Translations under genes and position numbers: made by a program | In this document: positions 62,001 through 64,000 of the stretch, one piece after another | How the letters are laid out: every line of letters begins with the position of its first letter | Position numbering within the stretch: position 1 is the stretch's first letter | Source: an uncultured Gammaproteobacteria bacterium | GTDB taxonomy: Bacteria > Pseudomonadota > Gammaproteobacteria > GCA-002705445 > GCA-002716945 | DNA length: 64,000 nucleotides | Direction of reading: 5' to 3' | Assembly (NCBI GenBank): GCA_902559355.1 | Contig: CACEHM010000001.1 | Location: 81,829-145,828, forward strand | Notes under the pieces: model-generated | Told to the model about the DNA's origin: nothing | What the model saw: the letters and a program-made list of their open reading frames with translations, nothing else | Databases searched by the model: none

Positions 62001-63508
62001 TGCTTTGATAATACAGGCATAGGAGTATCATCTCCCATAGATCCAGTTCCCTCGACAGCAAGTTTAGCTAGTGGAAGAATTACATCAACTTCTTCTTCAA
62101 GTGAGACCCCATAGAACTTCTTATAAGCTATTAGCTTCTCATTATCATATTTAATAGGGAATTCTTTTTTTAAATCATACTCACTTAAATTAGTTGAATT
62201 TTTATTTAACCACTCGTCATATGGATGCCTGTCTTTTAATATTTTATTAATATCATCAGAAAGTAAAACTTCGCCATTCAATGTATCTACTGCCAGCATA
62301 TCTCCAGGAGCGAGTCTTCCTTTTTGTAAAACTTCTGAATCATCATAATCATATACACCAACTTCGGATGCTAAAGTTATGTGTCTATCTTTTGTTATGA
62401 TATATCTTGCAGGTCTTAAACCGTTCCTATCAAGTGCGCACGCCGCATATCTACCATCTGTAAGTACAATACCCGCTGGGCCATCCCAGGGCTCCATATG
62501 CATTGAGTGATATTCAAAGCAAGCTTTAAGTTTTTTATCAATCTGATTATTGTTTTGCCAAGCTGGAGGCAAGAGAGTTCGCATAGCCCTAAATATACCC
62601 ATATCACCTGCCAATAAATACTCAAGCATATTATCTAAAGAATAAGAATCAGAATCGCTCATAGAAACAATCGGATGCATTTCCTTAAGTTCAGGCAAGT
62701 CTGCAATATCAAGTTTATTTCTTCTTGCCATATACCAATGTCGATTACCTTGTATGGTATTAATTTCTCCATTGTGCGCTAAATGTCTAAATGGTTGAGC
62801 TAACTTCCACTGCGGCAAGGTATTTGTTGAAAATCTTTGATGGAATACACATAAAGATGTTTTCATTTTTTTATGAACGAGATCTGGATAAAATTTTTGA
62901 ATGTTTTCCGAGACTATTAATCCTTTATATGAGATTACTTTCGAGGACATACTACATATATATAGATCAGGCTCATTAAGAATTTTTTCGACCTGAAGTC
63001 TGGCGATATATAATTTTTTCTCAAACTCATTCTCATGCAGATTGTCTGATGCAGATATTATTATTTGTTGGATATCTGGAAGCGAGGCTAGGGCATCTTT
63101 ACCACACACTTTTTTGTTTATGGGGACACTCCTCCAGCCAAGGACTTCCATTCCTAATTTTTTTATTTGAAAGAAAAAAGTCTCTTTAATTTTTTTATGC
63201 TTAGATTTATTTTTAGGTAAAAAAATTGTTCCAAATGCGTAATTATCAACAAGGTCAACGCCCATTTCTTGTGCACAGTGATGAAAAAATTCATCAGGTT
63301 TTTTTATTAATAGACCACATCCATCACTAGACTTACCATCATCTGATACTGCGCCTCTATGTTTTAATCTATTAAGAGCTTCTATGCTTGTATCAATTAC
63401 CCAATTGGACGGGTTATCATCCATGTTAGCAATTAAACCAAAACCACAATTATCCCTTTCAAAAGTAGGAGAATACAGCGAGTTTTCTAATTTATGTCCT
63501 ATCGTCAT
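59057..63508 (-). CDS. gltB: Glutamate synthase (NADPH) large subunit
   Basis: 1483 aa with the N-terminal amidotransferase Cys (ERDNCGFG), an FMN-binding domain, a 3Fe-4S cluster motif (CHLNNCATGVATQ), and a C-terminal GXGXG beta-helix domain. Confidence 0.95.
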   Translation of the reverse strand: MTIGHKLENSLYSPTFERDNCGFGLIANMDDNPSNWVIDTSIEALNRLKHRGAVSDDGKSSDGCGLLIKKPDEFFHHCAQEMGVDLVDNYAFGTIFLPKNKSKHKKIKETFFFQIKKLGMEVLGWRSVPINKKVCGKDALASLPDIQQIIISASDNLHENEFEKKLYIARLQVEKILNEPDLYICSMSSKVISYKGLIVSENIQKFYPDLVHKKMKTSLCVFHQRFSTNTLPQWKLAQPFRHLAHNGEINTIQGNRHWYMARRNKLDIADLPELKEMHPIVSMSDSDSYSLDNMLEYLLAGDMGIFRAMRTLLPPAWQNNNQIDKKLKACFEYHSMHMEPWDGPAGIVLTDGRYAACALDRNGLRPARYIITKDRHITLASEVGVYDYDDSEVLQKGRLAPGDMLAVDTLNGEVLLSDDINKILKDRHPYDEWLNKNSTNLSEYDLKKEFPIKYDNEKLIAYKKFYGVSLEEEVDVILPLAKLAVEGTGSMGDDTPMPVLSKQSRSLYDYFRQQFAQVTNPPIDSLRETSVMSLETCLGVERNLFDESSLHAGRLILDSPVLSNQVFKKLITYKKKGFSNDILSLHYEKNIDLEEAINTICDRAVRSVKKGNVLIILSDQDLNMDQLTIPAAMAVGAVHHRLINEGLRCDCNIIVETASTWNSHHFAVLLGYGASAVYPYLAFNIINDLIIRNSFDRKSYAAHVQNFIKGINKGLLKIMSKMGISCVSSYRGAQLFETIGIDSDVINLCFKNNTSRIEGASFKDIENDLKKNKEYSLKNSEGITKGGLLKFTAGGEYHDYNPDVVRTLQACVTSGEYEDYKKFSSLVNSRDPSFLRDLFILKNKNSIPIEQVESSKSILKRFDTAGMSLGALSPEAHEALAIAMNAIGGRSNSGEGGEDIKRYNSPKTSKIKQVASGRFGVTPHYLVNADVIQIKIAQGAKPGEGGQLPGDKVDQYIAKLRYSVPGVTLISPPPHHDIYSIEDLAQLIYDLKQVNNKALVSVKLVSQKGVGTIAAGVTKAYADLITISGYDGGTGASPLTSVKYAGAPWEMGIVETQQTLMLNKLRHKVRIQTDGGLKTGLDVIKAAVFGAESYGFGTSVMVALGCKYLRICHLNNCATGVATQNKILRMKHFSGSPERVINYFKFIAQDVREILASIGVKSIDELIGQTQYLSISKGITQKQKSLSLRKMLTVSDKNSPKYCEVKSNKPFDKGVLANKILRDSKNAISKRKSISLNYNIKNLDRSIGASLSGAIAKLYGNHGFSKTPIKLNFVGTAGQSFGVWNAGGVEIYLTGDANDYVGKGMSDGKIIIKASSDFKNIADKNSIIGNTCLYGATGGKMFAEGKAGERFAVRNSGATAVVEGAGDHCCEYMTGGCSLILGEVGNNFGAGMTGGIAFVYDKNNTLTKNLNASSVEHIDLSIIDKTTLKYFKELVRDYIKETGSKKAKAIMKNINIELKYFKLVKPINASMEDIIKNTINKVA

Positions 63509-63544
63509 AGTAATAGTATATTACCATAAATATTAATTTTAGAA

Positions 63545-64000
63545 TTAACTGATGAAGTTTTTAGACAAATCTTCTAGATATTTATTTTCAAGTTGATCCG
63601 ATATAAAAGCACTACCTATATTATTCAAAAGAATGAATCTATTTTTACCTGACACTTTCTTTTTATCATGTCCAAGATGTTTCATTATCGATACTGAGGT
63701 AATTTTTTTAGGTATGTGTGTGGGCAAACCTAATCTTAGAATCATATCCTCTATTTCACAATAATCTTCATGAGATATTAACTCTTGATCTGCAGATATT
63801 GCTGAAGCAATATTCATCCCTATACTAACTGCCTCTCCATGAAGAATCCCTCTATAATTTTTAGATGCTTCGATAGCATGTCCAAAAGTATGACCAAAAT
63901 TTAATAATGCTCTTATACCACCTTCAAGTTCATCATCTTTTACTATTTTAGCTTTTGTGGAGGCACAAGTTGTAACCACTTTAATAATATAATCTTCATC
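63545..64000 (-). CDS. aroB: 3-dehydroquinate synthase, C-terminal part; the gene runs off the window end
   Basis: Carries the metal-binding motif (NFGHTFGHAIE...LHGEAVSIGM). The ORF is open to the window edge. Confidence 0.85.
   Translation of the reverse strand, partial: DEDYIIKVVTTCASTKAKIVKDDELEGGIRALLNFGHTFGHAIEASKNYRGILHGEAVSIGMNIASAISADQELISHEDYCEIEDMILRLGLPTHIPKKITSVSIMKHLGHDKKKVSGKNRFILLNNIGSAFISDQLENKYLEDLSKNFIS

Overview
This 64-kb window looks like chromosomal DNA from an AT-rich (about 30% GC by eye), gene-dense, streamlined gammaproteobacterium. Most genes are core housekeeping genes. Local gene order resembles Pseudomonas and E. coli: gmk-rpoZ-spoT, ubiE-ubiJ-ubiB, thrB/polA/cytochrome c4/dsbA, glnK-amtB, metXW, yggS-proC-yggT, metK-ahcY, gshAB and speE/speD. 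Two tRNA genes are present: tRNA-Arg(CCG) and tRNA-Phe(GAA). Gene packing is tight, with many 1-4 nt start/stop overlaps and several convergent gene pairs that share their 3' ends. I found no CRISPR array, IS element, integrase, prophage or toxin-antitoxin-like module, and I cannot honestly point to a clear multi-gene novel system. The observations most worth a second look are listed next. (1) A cluster of three consensus DnaA boxes, two forming a 23-bp perfect palindrome, sits in a 350-bp AT-rich spacer immediately upstream of priA. (2) A standalone HNH endonuclease gene next to that spacer has clearly higher GC than its neighbours. (3) A TorF-like porin gene sits at the head of a glnK-amtB operon, preceded by a textbook sigma-54 promoter and tandem NtrC sites. 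(4) A TPR protein with an apparent 2OG/Fe(II)-oxygenase C-terminal domain starts directly after tRNA-Phe. (5) Upstream of gshB there is a short, non-E. coli-type putative glutamate-cysteine ligase. (6) dnaG is detached from rpsU and rpoD and wedged between gltB (with no adjacent gltD) and metK. (7) The phosphofructokinase carries a PPi-type signature. Every call rests on reading the translations and motifs by eye. I ran no database searches.
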